From the human T2T-CHM13v2.0 reference genome, Homo sapiens, in assembly GCF_009914755.1 (NCBI RefSeq), contig NC_060929.1: a stretch of DNA of 64,000 bases. The stretch is one strand, 5' to 3'. Position numbers and translations under genes: made by a program. Position 1 is the stretch's first letter. Each line of letters opens with the position of its first letter. The notes under the pieces were generated by a model that was given only the letters and a program-made list of their open reading frames with translations, was not told the origin of the DNA and did no database searches. This document shows, piece by piece, positions 29,120-44,793 of the stretch.

Positions 29120-29461
29120 TTCTTAGTCCTTCTGGGCTGCTATAATAGAATAGTGTAGAGTGGATGGCTTATAAGCAATAGAAATTTATTTCTCACAGTT
29201 CTGGACCTGGGAAATCCTGCATCAATGCACTGTCACATTCTGTGTCTCATAAGCACAGTCTTTTCACTGTATGTTTATATGGCAGAATGGACCAGGGAAC
29301 TCTCCAAAGTCATTTTTATAAAGCCACAAATCTCATTCATAAGGGCTCTATCCTTATGTCTTAATCATTAAAAATGGTCCCACTTCCTCATACCATAGGA
29401 GGGTCGGGGGTTAAGATTTCAACATATGAATTTGGGGTGTACAAACGTTTAGTTTGTAGCA
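29120..29461 (-). mobile_element. MLT1A/MST-type MaLR LTR
   Basis: cttagtcc...gggctgctataa...aaatttatttctcacagttctgga...atttcaacatatgaatttgggg. Confidence 0.82.
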
Positions 29462-31473
29462 CGGATTCACTAAAACTCTGCCTGCTGAATATTACTTGAG
29501 CTTCCCAAGAGCAAGTTTAGCCAAGGCCACCAAGGTTGAGAAATTCACTGTACTCCACATCTATCAACATCCCTGCCAATGGCATAAAATTAGATTTGCC
29601 TCTATGATGATTTTAATGACAATATAAAACCATTGATATTGTTAACATTTCAGCCACTTAGGAGGAAGGATTCTATTAGTGTGTGGAGAAGAATAGGGCA
29701 ATTTCCCCTGTCAGGGTAGATGTGCCCAACTCTTGCATTTAGCTACTGGTGCAGATTAGCTGGTATATGTGCCTGGAAACTCCTTACCATAAATGTTTTC
29801 ATTTTTTTCAGGCTTTGTTGGAAACTCAAATAATCCATTCCATTCAGTAGATTTAAAAGTTAGTGATGCATCTTCTGAACATTAATTCTAAGGATATATG
29901 CCAATATAATTAACCAGGTTTCTAGCAGTATTATTCTATAACACAATTCAGCTATTTAAAAGGATACTCCATTTATTTCTACAATTAATATATTATGTTT
30001 ATTGAGTTATCTTGCAAGTAAATTGATACCTCTCTACAGTCATGAAAAACTTAGAAAGTTTTCCAGTGACAAGGAAATTGGTCTTACAAAAAGATTTTTC
30101 TCCCGTGTTACCCAATTCTTGTGTTAGACTTATAGGCTGGTTCAGAACCGTTAATAATACCCAAGAACTGAAATCTTGGTACCTTTCCTTAAGCCTTACA
30201 CTGCCTAACCATCCACTTAGCCACTTCCACTGGGTCTATTTTTCCATATTTTACTTATAAGATTTTCTCACATGAATTTATCTCATCATTTGCCTCATAT
30301 CAAGGATGAGTAGAGAGTAATTCGTTCACCAGATACTCATGATATTTTTTCACCCCAGCTTTTTTTTTTCTAAAAAGTGCCTTAGCCATTATGATTTATG
30401 AGTCTGAGAAGTGTTCTTGTTCACAATGCCAACATTAACTAACACAAAAATTAAATGGTCAAATCTGACAGAAATCATAGATCTTATCTAGTATTATATT
30501 TTACTATGAAGCTGAAGAATACAATCATGCAAGAAGCATAAGCAAAGGTGGGAGAGGTCTACCACATCCTGTGTGGCTTCTGTGGTACCTCATTCTCATA
30601 TTGGATGCATTCCCTGTGGCCTATTTTATGGAGGAGTTCACTAAGTGCCATTTGTATGTCACCACATTCAACAGGGAGAGTTGAGGTTATGAAGCTTCTT
30701 TTTTTGATACCCAGATGATTTCAGTGATTGTGTGACATTTTTCAGGGAGTTATGCCTAATAAATCCATGGATTTTGTTTTGTTTATTATACACAATCCTA
30801 AATGGTGGTCATACTGCTAAGACAAATCCATAGATAATACTCTCCTTCTAGCAAATATCAGTAGTTTGTTTACCAGAAGATCAAGATAGTAGTATATTTA
30901 CAAGGAGATAAGATCAAGTCACCATTTTTCCCCTATGGCATCTTTCCCCAGCAACTTTTCCTTGTAATTTGGAGATAAATGGATTCCAGACCAGCTGCTT
31001 AACTTCTTTCCCCTAAAACTCAGCATGGGTTTAGGTTATTCTGTAAATCTAAAATCTAGAAATTAACAGGAAACATTAGAAAATTGACAGAAATTAAATT
31101 TAAACTGATATTCCTAAATCCAAATAATACGTTTTCTATAGACAAGATAATTTATGTTCAAATATAAATACAATAAAATTGCTTCACAAAATTATTTTTC
31201 CAAAAAGAAATCACGTAGTTTTTTTTACTAGTATTTATATATCTTTGTTTTCTATTTAAAGTCGTATTTTATCTTATTTTATTTTTTTTACATTTAGTTC
31301 CATTTGAGTCTATATGGTGTATGTGGCTGGCAAAAATTCAGTTTCATTGTTAAATGGCTCCCTTTGTCCCTGTTATCTTTTATAAAATAGTCTTAATGCC
31401 ATTGATTTGAAATAATCTGTATTTCTAGTCTATTCCATTGGTTTTAATATTTGCTCATAAAAAATACAAAAAC

Positions 31474-31649
31474 TTTTTTTTGAGATAGGGTCTTGTCATG
31501 TTGCCAAGGCTGAAGTGCAGTGGCTATTCACAGGTGCAATCATATTACACTATACCTCAAACTCCCTGCCTCAGGAAATCCTCCCACCTCAGCCTCATGA
31601 GTAGCTACCCATAAGTAAGCACTACAGGTGTACACCACCACACCTGGCT
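31474..31649 (-). mobile_element. FAM (fossil Alu monomer, 7SL-derived)
   Basis: Monomer containing gcagtggctattcacagg, characteristic of FAM/7SL; T tail on the left. Confidence 0.82.
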
Positions 31650-31672
31650 TCCAAATAATTTTTATTATGGGG

Positions 31673-32080
31673 TATATTATAGTCTACTTGGATTGCTATA
31701 ACAAAGGCTGGATGACATCAACAACAACAAAAAATTTTCTTTTCTCAGTTCTGTAAGTTGGAAAGTCCAGTATAAAGGTGCTAGTCGATTTAATTACTGA
31801 TGATGCCTTTCTCCCTGGCTGCAGATGCCACCTTCTCACTATGGCCTCACATCATCTTTCCTGAGTGTATGTAAACATGCATACACAAATACACACACAC
31901 AGAGTACTTTGTTAACTCTTCTTACGAGGACAAAAATTCCATCTAATCAGGTCCCTATCCTTATCAACTCATTTAACCTTAATGACTTTCATAAATGTCC
32001 AATCTCCAAACATACTCACACTGAAGTTTAAGGCCTTGACATATTAATTTTTGAGAAACACAAATATTTTGCTTATAACA
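31673..32080 (-). mobile_element. MLT1A/B-type MaLR LTR
   Basis: ttgctataacaaa...tctcagttctg...ctcatttaaccttaat...cttataaca. Confidence 0.78.
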
Positions 32081-32151
32081 TGAGGTATGTATTATATATG
32101 TATATTTTATTATCTAGTAGAGATGCTACCAAGCGCTTATTGTAACACATT

Positions 32152-32533
32152 TGATATGGTTTGGCCCTGTGTCCCCACCCAAATTTCATGTGGAATTGTA
32201 ATCCTCATGTTGAGGGAGGAATCTGAGGTAGGTGATTGGATCATTGAGGTGGTCTTCCCTCATGATGTTCTTTTAATAGTGTGAGTTAGTTCCCATGGGA
32301 TCTGATGGTTTAAAAGTGTGTAGCAATTCCTCCTTCTTTTTCTCTCTCCTGCCTCCATGTGGAGATGTACTTGCCTCCCCTTCATCTTCTGCCATGATTG
32401 TGAGTTTCCTGAGGCCTCCCCTGCCATGCCTTCTGTATAGACTGAGGAAATGTGAGTCAAGTAAATTTCTTTTCTTCATGAATTACCAGGTTTCAAGTAG
32501 TTCTTTATAGCAATGTGAGAATGGACTAATACA
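32152..32533 (+). mobile_element. MSTA/THE1D-type solo LTR
   Basis: tgatatggtttgg...ggactaataca; 5-bp TSD ACATT at 32147-32151 and 32534-32538. Confidence 0.92.
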
Positions 32534-32679
32534 ACATTATTTTAGTTATTCTTGCTGTATTCATATATTTTCTCATATGAATACTATAATCAATTTCTCT
32601 CATCCATAAAAAGCATAGGTTTATAATCAATTAAGTGTAAATAACATAACCAATAAAGCATTTCATATATTTGTATGTA

Positions 32680-33116
32680 CAGTTGATCGTTGAACAACAC
32701 ATGTTTGAACTGTGAAGGTATACTTTCATGGGGATTTTCTCCTGCCTCTGCCACTACTGATACAGCTAGGCTGACCCCTTCTCTTCTTCAGCCTACTCGA
32801 CATGAAGATGATGAGAATGAAGACCTTTATGATGATCTACTTTCACTTAATGAATAGTAAATGTATTTTCTCTTCTTATGATTTTCTTAATGACATCTTA
32901 TTTTCTCTGTCATAGTTTATTGTAAGAATGTAGTATATAATACATATAACATAAAAAATACATGTTAATCTACTGACTATAAGTTATCAGTAACGTTTCC
33001 AATCAACATTAAGCTATTAGGAGTTAAATTTGGGTGGAGTCAAAAATTTGACTCAGATTTTTAACCAGGAATTGCAGGGGATGGGTCACACTCCTAACCC
33101 CCACGTTGTTCAAGGG
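32680..33116 (+). mobile_element. Tigger2a (MER28) DNA transposon
   Basis: TA + cagttgatcgttgaacaacac left TIR; internal gaagatgatgagaatgaagacctttatgatgat; right TIR gttgttcaaggg lacks its last bases. Confidence 0.85.
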
Positions 33117-33275
33117 ATTAGGAGCATGTTGTATCTACATTTATATGTGGTTGTTTTTCTATCTCAGATGTTTAACCATGAATCGCATGGGGCAAGTAAG
33201 TGCTCCCAACCCCCATGTTTTTCAAATGAGTTAGGAGCACTTTGTATTTACATTTATATGTGGCTGCTTTTCTAT
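33052..33275 (+). repeat. Tandem duplication, 2 x ~111 bp
   Basis: Units 33052-33162 and 33163-33275 both run ctcagat...aacccccac/t...ttaggagca...tacatttatatgtgg...ttttctat. Confidence 0.9.
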
Positions 33276-33292
33276 AATAAAAATACAACTTC

Positions 33293-33662
33293 TACTATAG
33301 TTTGAATATATCCCCCAAAACTCATGTGTTGTAAACCTAATCCCCAATGCAATAGTGTTGCAAGTTAAAGCCTGATGCGAAGTGATTAGAATATGAAGGC
33401 TCCTTCCTCACGAATGGAAATACTATTGTCTCAGGGGTGGTTTTATCATGGGAGTGGGTTCCTTAAAAATAATGAGTTTGGCCATTTTGTCTTTCTCTTT
33501 TACCCTGTTTCCCCTTTTGTCATGGGATGACAAAGCATGAAGACCCTCACCAGATACCAGCAATTTGATATTGAACTTTCCTTAGAACTGTGAGAAACAA
33601 TTATTTTGTAAGTTACCCAGTCTATGATATTCTGTTATAACAGCACAAAATGAGCTCAGACA
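33293..33662 (+). mobile_element. MSTB/MSTC-type MaLR LTR
   Basis: tactatagtttgaata...aaactcatgtgttg...gaagaccctcaccagata...ataacagcacaaaatgagctcagaca. Confidence 0.8.
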
Positions 33663-33699
33663 CTTCTGGTCCAGGAGAAGTGGACATTTTTAAAAGAAA

Positions 33700-35680
33700 A
33701 CTTGTATTGAATCATTTTTTAAAAGGTCACAGTAGGAACTGCAAAGTAAAATTAAGAAAATACAGTTTATGGTCAAAACAAAATAAAAGAGACATTAATA
33801 ATAATAAAAAGGACTTTCCATTCTCAGGCATTTTAAGTCAAAGGCAAAATAAAAATAAAAAGTTACATTAAAATAATGTAAATGAAATAATACATCTTAG
33901 AATTTATGACATACAATAGAGAGTACTGTTTAACATTTCTGTAAACAAAATTTTAAAATAAGAAATTAATCAAATAATCACTTAAAATACTTGAAACTTC
34001 AACAAAGTAAAGCAAAAGAAAGCAGAAATTGAAGATAGTATAAAATTCAAAAATTAATAAGTTAAAATGCCCATAAAATTGAACTGCTTAAGGAATAAAC
34101 ATTATAAATATGTTTTTCAATATCCAAAATTGACACACCACTCACTAACCTAATGATGAAATAAGAAGAATTGTAAATGTAAGAAACTATAAAGGAGAAA
34201 TAATCACTGGAATAAAAATAATTTAAAATATATACAGGAGGTATTTATTTCTAAATTTGTGTAAATAATTTTTAAAATATTTTGAAGATATAATTTCTTA
34301 GAAAATACTGTTTCTCCAAATTACCCCAAATTAACATTTTAATAAATCAATTTCCGAGAAAAGAATAGAGAAAATATTTTAAAAACCAGCCCACAAAAAT
34401 GCAACAGTTCCCAGGAATTGTACCAAACATTCAAAATCCCTAATGCTGTGCTCTAACTTAGTTTAAGACATATAAAATGCTATGCCTATCTTGTTCTGAG
34501 ATATTCATGGAAATGATTCTTCAACAAAACAAAGCAAACAAAACATAAATCATTAAATAATCAAAGAAAAGCCAAAAGCTCCTTCTAGAGTACTTGGAAT
34601 CATAATCTTATCATGAGAAAAAAAAATGATGTTCACTATTTGGGAGTACAACTAAAAATAATAATATTTGAATACTAGTAAAGAATTTCAAGGAATATTA
34701 AAAATAAATGTAAATTATTTTTAGTAGTTTGGAGCCTTAATTCTACTTTTAAGTTATTGCATCACATAAAGACAAACACACACAGAGATGCATACAATAA
34801 CAGTTCACACCTATACACAACACAAGTACACAATTCACAATTCAGGAAGAAACAATTCACATGTCTTAGAGTGAACAATATCAAACAATGCCAAATAAAA
34901 TTTTGAGTGTTTCAGTAAATAGCATTATCAGTTAAAGAATATAAAATACAAAATCAATGTTTTGTTTCTCTGAAATCTAAATACATGAACAAAAGACAAG
35001 ATAATATACAATACAAGATAGATTTGTATATAAGACAAATAGTAAATTTAAAAATAAAAACAAAATATGGAAAGTAAAATTTGAATTGATTTACACAGCA
35101 ACTTGTACACAGAGAAAAATTAAATTACCCAGCTTAAATGCATATCTGAAGAAATTATATGGAATTAAGTTGGAATACAAAATATAGCAACTATTTTAAA
35201 AAATTAATAGTTACATAGATTAAAATTAAAAGTTATAAGATACATCTAATCTTGAGTTGCAGACAGAAGGAGTAGAGATGTGGGGAGGTAGTGCTCAAAT
35301 AAATAATGTCTTAAAATTTTCCAAAAATATTAAAGTAAGGCATCCTTAACTCCAGAATCACAATAAATTATAGACAAGGAAGTACAAGAAATACACACTT
35401 AAATACAGGAAAATAAAAGTCAAAACCTTATGTAAAACAGAATACCTCATAAACAGCTAATGAGAAAGATGACATCAAACAGAATGCCAATTGCACTACT
35501 GATAGATTCCTCACCTCAGCAATGAAGTAGCTTATCTTTACAGTCTCAAAACAAATGAATTGTACATTGAGTTGAATTTTCTGTAAAGTTTTTTTTTAGT
35601 TACAAAATAAAGATATATTCAAAAAACAAAACTTCAAAGTTTGACACATCAACATTCACTAAAAGAAACTTCTAAATTAT
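33700..35680 (+). mobile_element. Highly decayed L1M fragments
   Basis: A-biased tracts with L1 ORF2-like (33700-34450) and ORF1-like (34860-35680) wording. Confidence 0.4.
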
Positions 35681-36637
35681 GTCAACGTATTTTCAGTGGC
35701 TCTTGACATAAATTTAGCCCACTTCCGATTTCAATTGTACTCCTATTGAAAAATTCCCTGGGTAGTCACATTGGCTTGACAGTTGCAACCCTTGGCACTA
35801 GACTTAACTGCTCTCTGCTTTCTTCTTTCGGGCATTTTCTGTGGAGTTTTCTGCATGTACAGGCAAACACAGCCAGAAATGAGTATCTTCAGAGCCAAAC
35901 CTCAATCAAGAGAAATGGAAGCTTATAGACGAATGACGAGACAGTTCTGGGAGGACTTCTGCAATCTCAGTAGCAATTGTGACCCTTTCCTAACTCTCTT
36001 GGCTCCTTCAATCCTATTTTAGGGGATAGTGTCCCAAACTGCTTATACACTCCCCCTTTCTCAAGCTCTAATTTTGGAGGCCTCAAAATTAAAATGGCTT
36101 GAGTTATTAATCTGTAATAATACATATGTCTAAACTGGAAAACTGTAATATCCCCAGAATTACCATTTGGGGGTAGGATTTACTTCTTGAACCTAATTCT
36201 TTTTGTTTTGAAGCAGCTATGTTGAGAGAAAATTGAATTCCTACCAATTCCCTCAGTTACATGAGTTCAAACTCCCCATGAAAGTTTTGGATGTACTTAA
36301 CTGCAACCTTTGTGAGGACACCTATCGGGAGCACAATTTCACCTGAGTCCAGGGTAATACAATGGCCTCTCTCAAAGAAGACTTAAAGAGTAGCTAAGAT
36401 GTTGCTACATAGAGAACATTTATTTCCTAATTCAGCTTCTTGGAAACAAATAAGCCTCACTGTGGTTGCCACTAGAAAACTCAGCAAGAATTCTGCTAGA
36501 TGGAGTGTTTTAAGTTGGAACCATTTACGAGTTGTTCGTCATATTTCCATTTTTTTCTTCCGAGAATGGGCTACTAAAAAATGGCCACTCAATCTAGAGA
36601 AATATTCATCTTACAAACAAAATGTTGACTTCATATG

Positions 36638-37426
<789 letters not shown>

Positions 37427-38742
37427 GATTTTGGTACCAAGAAGTGGGGGTACTTCTGTAACAGATATCTAAACATGTGGAAGGAACGTTGAAACTGGGT
37501 AATGGGTAGAGGCTGGAAGAGTTTTAAGGTGAGGCTAGAAATATGGATATAAAGGAGAATTTTTGTGAAACCTCAGAAGGTAATGAGGATCATGTTATTC
37601 AAAACAATAGGAAAGGTGATCCTTGTTGTAAAGTGGCAAAGATCTTGAATGAACTATGTTCTAGTGTTTTGTGAAGGTAAAAGTTGTGACCAAATGATTA
37701 AATTGGACATTTAGCTAAATAAGTTTCCAAGCAAAGTGTTAAAAGAGCACCTTTGTTCCTCCTAACTACTTATAGTAAAATGAAAAAGGGGAAAGATAAT
37801 TTGAAAATAAAATTGTTAAACAGAAAGTAACCAAAACCTGAAGTTTTCAAAAATTTTCAGCCTATGCATATTGGAGAAAATGAGAAAGTGTGTTTTTAGT
37901 TTGAAGGGAACATTGTGGGTGTGGCTGAACAACCATTTGGTAAAGACATCCTGGGTGCAACTCAGGGACCGAAACATTGATCTCAGCAGAAGCCAGGAGT
38001 AGAGCCGAGACTCTATTCTACTACTAAAAGCATTGCCAGGTGAAACTAAAGGGGACAGACAAAGTAAGACCCAACAAAGGGAGGCCATTGACTTTCCTGG
38101 ATTCTGTAAGACCAGATCATGATGCTATTTATTTGGATTCAAATGTGTGCTACTCTTTAATAAAAGAAAATAATAACCTTGAAGTGACTGAGAGGTCATC
38201 AGGGCTGCCATTCCCACCACAATCCCAAGGGCAAGACTATTTTCTCCCTGGTTTCAGAGGGCAAGACCTTTGCAGAGAGTCAAAATGTGGGATCCCCTCT
38301 CAGTACCATTGGGGTGATGCTGCCACACCAGTGAGCCTGAAGGGTAGAGTATTCAACCAAAGAGAATTATTATTAAGCCTTAATCTTTAATGAAATTTGC
38401 TTTACTATGTTTTAGAGTTACTTGGAATCCATCAGCCTTTTCTTTCTTCCAGGTTTTCCCTTTTGGAATGAAAATATTTGTTTTATGTCTGTCCACCTTT
38501 GTATTTTGGAAGCACCACAACTTGTCTTGTTTCACAGCTAGAGATGAATTTTTCCTCAGAATGAATTATACCCAGACTTTTACCCTTATGTTATTTACAT
38601 GATATATAGATGAGAAATTGAACTTCAGACTTTAGACTTGATACTGAAAGAAGGTAAGACTTTAGGGTTGTTTGGGATGGTATTATATGAATGTATTTTG
38701 CATGTCAGAAAAACATGAATTTTGTCAGGGCCAGGGGCACAA
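37427..38742 (+). mobile_element. MaLR internal region (MLT1-int type)
   Basis: Starts gattttggtaccaagaagtgggg...aactgggtaatgggtagaggctggaagagttt; ends gtattttgcatg...catgaatttt...gggccaggggcacaa before the LTR. Confidence 0.78.
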
Positions 38743-39124
38743 TGTTATGGACTGAATTTTGTCTGTTTTAAATTCACATGTTCAAGCCCTAACCCCCATG
38801 TGAATATACCAAAGATAGGGGCTCTAAAGAGGTGATTAAGATTAAATTACATTTTAAGGGTGGAGCTCTGATCTGACAGAACATTTGCCTTTATAAGAAG
38901 AGAATGATACAGCAGAGCGCTCGCTCTTCAAGTGCATTTTCTGGGGAAAGTACATGTGAGGAAATAGCAAAAGGTGGCTTTCTGCAAGCCAGGAAGAGAG
39001 CCCTCACCAAGAACAAACACCTTGATCTTAGACTTCCCAGCCTCTAGAACTGAGAGAAAAAAATAATCAGTTAAGTCACACAGTCTGTAGTATTTTGTTA
39101 TGGCAGCTCAAGTAAACTAAGCTG
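38743..39124 (+). mobile_element. MLT1A/B-type LTR
   Basis: tgttatggactgaat...gccctaacccc...gacttcccagcctctagaactgagagaaaa...tattttgttatggcagc. Confidence 0.85.
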
Positions 39125-39624
39125 ATGGGTTTTATAGCCACATGAATCCCCACCTCTGGTATCCAAGAAACCTCTGCCTGGGTGCATTATGATAGTCATG
39201 ATGAGGAGTAGAAGAGTTACTCAAAAATAGCAGTTAAATATATGAGGGGCCTTGAATACTACTGGAAATTACTAATGTTAATATAAACTATCACTGTCAG
39301 TTTCAGTGGGTGTCAGGAACTCCTGTAATTAGGAGGATTTGACAGTTGATGGGGAAACTGCTGGTAGTCCTAGCCATAGAGGGTCTGATTTGGGAAATGT
39401 TTGTCAAATGTGTCTACATCTGTCAGGAAAGACTGCTATCAAGAACAGCCTGTAGAACAAAGCATATTCTGTACCTTCAATTCTAGAGAAAAAGTGATTG
39501 AATAATGAAGGTATTAAAATGCTGAGGACTGGAGAATGTTTAATTTGTAAAAGTTAACATTTTGGTGATGTGGTAAGTCCATTGAAATATCTGAAGCAGT
39601 CCATCACAGAGAAGGTGTTAACAG

Positions 39625-39750
39625 TGTTCTACTGTTTCTCAAGGAATACGATTAGAATACATGGGCACAAACTTCAGGAAGACAAATAATTGCTCAGTAC
39701 AATAACTTTTTAATTTTTTTAACTTGCAAAGCTGTCCAAAATTGAATGAC
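39625..39750 (+). mobile_element. L3/CR1-like fragment
   Basis: atgggcacaaacttcaggaagaca...aactttttaa...agctgtccaaaattgaatg resembles the CR1/L3 3' part. Confidence 0.4.
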
Positions 39751-39751
39751 A

Positions 39752-40020
39752 TTTTGAAATAACTTTAGGCTTTCAGAAAAGTTGACAACATGTACAGAAC
39801 TCTGTACATTTTTTTCACCAAGATTTCCCAGTGTTAACATTTTGCAATATCAGAGTACAGTGATAAAAATCAATAACTAAATAAATGAATACATAAATAA
39901 ATAAAATTAACGTTGGTAGAATCTACTAAACTACTGACTTTATTTTAATTTCACCTGCTTTCTCCACTGAAGTCTTTTTTCTGTTACAGGATCTAATTTA
40001 GAATACAATGCATTGCATTT
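39752..40020 (-). mobile_element. L1MC-type 3' end fragment
   Basis: attttgaaataactttaggctttcagaaaagttg...gttaacattttgc...tttttctgttacaggatc. Confidence 0.6.
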
Positions 40021-41287
40021 TCTTTCTATGAGCAAATGACTTTCAATATCTGTTAAAGCCTTATTATGTTGTTACTCAAGACACAAATTAATACTTTTTT
40101 GGTGTTAGCTTTATCTGTCATTATAATAATTACACATTAGTTAGTTACAACTATTTTGTAATAAGTCAAGTTAAAATTCATTTGGATAGATCACTTTGGA
40201 GTTTTGAGTAAATGGCATATTCAAATTGCTACAAAAGATATTGGCAAGAACCTACTTATGCACAGTTCTCCAAGATGCTATATTTCGGATGAGACCATAG
40301 TGATTGAAATATTAATAGTAAGGAAGTACCCATGCACAAAACCTTGCATGAGTCTAAATATATACCACCAGAAATTGGACTTTAAATCCTAATTTTATGC
40401 ATCTTGAAGAATATAAACGTGTTTTATACTTCTGCTTAACAACTAGTCAGACTGTTAACTACACCTGACTCAGGCAATTATGGGTGATACAGATAGGTGG
40501 GGAAGTTTATTAAATATCCTGCTGATAATATATTTTTAAAATCTTTATTCTTTAATGGTTATTATCAAACATTTCTGTCCAAGAACTTGAATTGTTCATT
40601 TGTCACCAATCCTATAGATTTAAATATCATTGCCTTTTAATCAGTGTCCTTGTTGGGTAGATGGAAGTACATAGAGCATGGAAGACACTTAAAATACAGA
40701 ATTCGTGCAATATGCCTTGAAATTCCTAATGCCCATTTGAATTGAAAATGTTAGATTTGGAGTTGTTTGTCTTGTTTATGTCATTTTAATTTTTCCTTAA
40801 ATTGGAATGATTGTGCTTTCATGATCAGGGAACAAACTAGTTCTGCAGAATAAAAGATGTGAACTCTATAATTCAGAATCATTATTTTCTTATTTTCCCC
40901 CCACATGATTTACATACGTATGATTGTTCCAGAGAATTTAGGGAAGTCTCTACTCTTCCTAAAGTTTCCTCTTGTCTTTTTTGTTTACACATTCTGGGTC
41001 ATGATATGTCTATTGCCATTTCAGTGGTGGCAATGCTATCAACCGAAGCAAGAGGACATATCAAGATGAAACTGAGAATCATGGAGTGACATGGCCATTG
41101 GGCTCAGCCACTCATATCCATGTAGAGAGCTGTTTTCTAGTCATTCTACTTTGATAAGTCTGTGTTCTGTTCAAATGATTTCTGTTATAATAGTTATTTG
41201 GCTATTATAACATTGACATTGAGGTAGACTTAGCTAAAAGTTGATCATGAAAAAAATACTGAGAAGAGTATAGTTTTCTCTTATTTA

Positions 41288-42179
<892 letters not shown>

Positions 42180-42464
42180 TAGTTTACACACTGAACTATA
42201 AATATTTCTTGCCCTATTACTGTGAGAATAAAGACAGGAGATCAGTTGTTTATAGATGCCTTTAATTATTTATTACTTAAAATAAATAACCTTCTAATAT
42301 TTTAGTTGATGTCCACAAGTAGTCTCTCTCCAAAGAGAGACTAAGGTGTTTTTGACAAATTTTTCACCTGATTTATTCAGGCCCACCTAGGATAATCTCC
42401 CTTCCAATTGAGTAAATCAGATCATTCAGTATATCTTCCAAATTTAAATCACCTGACTGGGGCC

Positions 42465-42822
42465 TTCAGTGGACAAAGTGTGTCTCCCCAAAATTTATAT
42501 GTCAAAAATCCTACACCTGTAATGTGAGGGTATTAAGAAGTAGAGCCTTGGGATGTGATTAGGTAATGATCATAGAGCCCTTATAAAAGATGTAAGTATC
42601 CATATAAAAAGAACCTCAGGAGATCTTTTCCCGCTTTACTGCATCTGAAGATACATTGAAAGGCCAACAATCTGTAATCCAAAAAACAATCCTCATCAGA
42701 ACCTGACCATGCTGATACTCTGATATGAGACTTATCTCTCCAGAACCCATGAAAAATACATTTCTCTTGTTTATAACTTATCCAGTCTAAGTCATATTTG
42801 GTCAGAAAATAGAACAAAGACA
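42465..42822 (+). mobile_element. MLT1A-type MaLR LTR
   Basis: tgtgtctccccaaaatttatatgt...gtgattagg...cctgaccatgctgatactctgat...ctccagaacc. Confidence 0.78.
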
Positions 42823-44472
42823 AATATTTTATTTACAAGTGTAAAATTTCTTCCAGAAGCACATAGGTTAATGTTTGATTAATTAGGAAATGCAGTTCAG
42901 CCTAATTAACTTGATATATCAAAAAGCCATCACTCTGAGATACAGTTTTTAGAAAATGTAACATGTGTTATATAACTGATATAAAATGGAGATGTTCATG
43001 ATTAAGATGGTCTTTCTTTGTAAGTGGAAAGACCACATGCATTGCTTGAAGACCTTATGTATTAAATCTAATGTAATAAGAAGGAACCTGCGGTTTTACA
43101 CTGATAATCCCAGAATTATGAAAACTTCCTCCTAGTCTCTTGATTACCTGTACCCTTGAAATGATTGACAAAATTTGACATTAAGATATCTGATTTTTGT
43201 AAGTTGATCTAACAATCTAACCCTAAGTTATCTCAGTTTTGTGAATTTATATAAACTAAGTTTAGTAAGGGGGCAGTGATATAAAATAATAGAAAAATAT
43301 ACTAGTTGGACACTTACTTTTGGCACTTCCAGGTCTTCTTACTTGGCCCTGCTTTCATCCTCCAGCCAGCAAATGAGGAAATCAGATACCACACAGCTCA
43401 GGAGCATAAGGAGCTAAGAAATTCTGGAAGATATATAAATTGGGCCCCCAAAGAGAAGATTTTCCCCAAATTCTCTCCGTAGTTGTGCATTTGCCTTAAT
43501 CACATAATAACTATACTCAATACCTTAATAAGTTGTAAATCATATGGTTGATATTATTATGAAGACCAAAAGGAAATTAAACATTTTAAACACTAAAATT
43601 TTTGAATTGAGGACTAAAAATAATATTCACATATTTTGCCCAATATTATTTTCTAATAAACAGAAGATAGTCATAGAAACCATTTTGTTTAAGGGCCTTT
43701 GATCTGTAAGAAATTTAATGACATTCGATAAAGCAGATAGTTGTACACCTTAGCTATTGTATAAGGATATTTATATATACTACTTCATGCCCGCGACGTG
43801 GAACAATTACCCAAACTTTAAGGCCTTGGATCCAAATCTTCAAGTTGACCTTCCATATTTCTTCATTAAACAATATGATCTTATAACTAGGTATGTTACT
43901 TAACTTCTATCTAAGATGTTCAAATAAACCCATTCTCAAGAGTGATTTAAGACATAAGATGCATATTTATATCCTTTAGTTTCCAAATTTTGAAGGCCGA
44001 GGGAATTTTAAGGGTTGGTAATACAATTTTTTTTTTGACAGATCCATTTACTTTCTCATTACCAATTACTTCTGTGAGATAATTTACTCCTAATATGGCA
44101 TCCTTATGCATAATCACAAGCTCCTCTGTGCTTCTGTTTTCTTGGCAATGGAGTTAGAGTTAGCAACTTCTTCCAAAAGTAGTCATCTGAAACCACAGCT
44201 TAAAGGCTCCCATATTTTCATTTTGTATGTCTTCTGGACAGTTCTTGAGCCCCTTTGTCTTCTCATAAAACAGTTCTAGCTGAAGGATCCTGATTTGATA
44301 GGTCTCTGTGGTGAATACTGGAACTATAATACCTCACTTCTTCTCCAAAGCTGTTCATTAAGATAATATCTTTTTAAGAAACTAGAAAATGATCTATTAT
44401 TAAACTCCATGTATGTGCCTTCTTTCTCTATACCACTTCTCCAGTTCTGTTCTTCCTAAAATTTGCCTGTAC

Positions 44473-44790
44473 TGTTGAAATAGTTTTTCAGAGGTCCACA
44501 TAAAAACCTCCATTTTGAAGATTTGTTAGAAGGACTCATGAGACTCAGGATATAATTGTACTCATGGCTAAGGTTTATTATAAAGACTGAGTAGGAATAC
44601 ATACCCAGATCATAAGGGAAAAAGACATGAGTGGATTCTGGAGGAAGCAGATGACCTTATGCTGCCTGCTTCCTGAGAGTGGCCATACAGAGCACATTCT
44701 TCCTTAATCAGTGAAAATGCAGTAACAGGGGTTGGATGGTTTTTCCTAGGGAACCCATTAGAGACTCAATGCTAAGGTTTTGAAAGGCTG
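44473..44790. mobile_element. MER21-type LTR, left part (split by the L1PA2)
   Basis: gatttgttagaaggactcatgagactcag...gtactcatggctaaggtttatta...cccattagagactcaatg. Confidence 0.7.
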
Positions 44791-44793
44791 TGA

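Noticed and set aside
31605-31622. Extra bases acccataagtaagc inside the FAM
   Set aside because: Only an imperfect ~9-nt inverted match to 31666-31674; too short to call templated.
42320-42343. 10-bp-stem hairpin (and a 9-bp one at 39790-39809)
   Set aside because: Short, isolated and partly low-complexity; could be chance.
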